A stretch of 63,854 nucleotides of DNA, the filler included, from an uncultured Methanosarcinales archaeon (GTDB lineage Archaea > Nanobdellota > Nanobdellia > Woesearchaeales > CAZKBD01): assembly GCA_964550945.1 (NCBI GenBank). It is 9 parts of 9 records of this genome, joined end to end, with 100 filler letters (N's around TTAATTAATTAA, not from the genome) between each part and the next. Parts side by side here need not be neighbours in the genome. Positions count along the whole stretch, not along the records: positions 57,362 to 63,854 come from CAZKBD010000095.1; 8 more parts are not named here. One strand, given 5' to 3'. A program made the translations under genes and the position numbers. Below are positions 62,979 to 63,854 of the stretch, in pieces (position 1 is the first letter of the stretch; each line of letters begins with the position of its first letter). Below the pieces are notes generated by a model. That model made no database searches and was not told the DNA's origin. It saw only the letters and a list, made by a program, of their open reading frames with translations.

Positions 62979-63854
62979 ATTATACCCACATTAGCAATCA
63001 TTGCTAAGTTAGAACCAAAGCTGTCTGGAGTAAAACTAAAATCAAATGTTTCATTAGCTCCATTAGCAATAAACAAAGTAGCATTAGCAGGGTTGTAAGG
63101 CACTAGAGGACTTCCATCAAAAGTTACATTAACCTGTCCTGTAGCATTTAGGGGGCCATAATTGTGAACAACAACCCTTACATAACCCGATTTCCCTTTA
63201 ACCATATCTACATTGGGGATAACTTGTATAGGAATGACTTCTAATATTGCTAAATCTGTACCATATGCACAAGGATTAGGTATAGTTCCTGTCTTAGTAC
63301 TTACCTCCTGATCATCTAAGCTGGAATCACAAGTCTGACCAGAAGGGCATGATGTAGATTTATATGCAACCCAGAGGTCAGTTCCATACCTTCCTTGATA
63401 ATCAAAAGTAGTTGTTCCAGTGCAATGCGCTCTTTTTTTGTCTATTACATAGCCAGGAGAGGCATCTGCTTCGTTATCCTGCAAGGTTTGGGAATTGTCA
63501 CAATCAACAAATCCCACTAGGAATGAATTATAGAGCTGTATACTTGATGTGTCTAAACTATGGTTTTCTAGAGTGCCTTCATAGCAAGTATATCCTCCCT
63601 GACCTTCTTTCTCAGCACATACATAATAAAAAGAATAACCATCAACATCTCCTGAACCAAGGCTCTGGCTGTAATCTAGGCAAGCTGAATAATCACCAGA
63701 ATCAAAAAAGCAGTCTGTATACTCCTCCACATCATTCCAATTAAAATCCCAGCACTCAGCATCAAGATAGACCGGAGGATTTCCTAAATGCGCCTTTAGC
63801 ATTCCATTTATCCATGTTATCCCATCAGTTGTTGAAGAGCCTTCTTCGCTGAAA
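62975..63854 (-). CDS. Cys-rich surface protein ending in an incomplete CARDB/Ig-like domain, copy B (5'-truncated)
   Basis: Paralog or allele of 6398..7298; frame open to the end of the window. Confidence 0.75.
   Translation of the reverse strand, partial: FSEEGSSTTDGITWINGMLKAHLGNPPVYLDAECWDFNWNDVEEYTDCFFDSGDYSACLDYSQSLGSGDVDGYSFYYVCAEKEGQGGYTCYEGTLENHSLDTSSIQLYNSFLVGFVDCDNSQTLQDNEADASPGYVIDKKRAHCTGTTTFDYQGRYGTDLWVAYKSTSCPSGQTCDSSLDDQEVSTKTGTIPNPCAYGTDLAILEVIPIQVIPNVDMVKGKSGYVRVVVHNYGPLNATGQVNVTFDGSPLVPYNPANATLFIANGANETFDFSFTPDSFGSNLAMIANVGII

Overview
This window is not one chromosomal segment. It is nine contigs/scaffolds of a fragmented archaeal genome, sorted by decreasing length and joined by artificial N44-TTAATTAATTAA-N44 linkers. 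The divergent low-GC rRNAs and gene content suggest a DPANN archaeon, probably Woesearchaeales (inference). Most contigs carry housekeeping and metabolic genes: rtcB, tsaC, porG/D/A/B (porB with an intein), ppdK, truD, adk, thermosome, a serA/aminotransferase/DUF1015 operon with apgM and eno, two purP, guaA and purF. There is a 16S-tRNA(Ala)-23S operon with a 164-nt 23S intron. Three tRNAs carry five BHB-type introns, four at non-canonical positions. Four contig ends carry the termini of a multi-copy TG...CA insertion sequence, and one copy has a 15-bp target duplication. The most striking content is the first and last contigs. They are two alternative versions of one surface-protein operon with identical sequence at both ends. 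In both, a CARDB/Ig-like domain appears split across two genes: the upstream protein ends before the last strand. The missing 'DSNxxNN' strand starts a separately secreted giant metallopeptidase/adhesin, and a 43-aa ORF carries only the start of it. This suggests a modular, polymorphic surface assembly built by donor-strand complementation in trans. All family calls come from motif recognition by eye; no searches were run.
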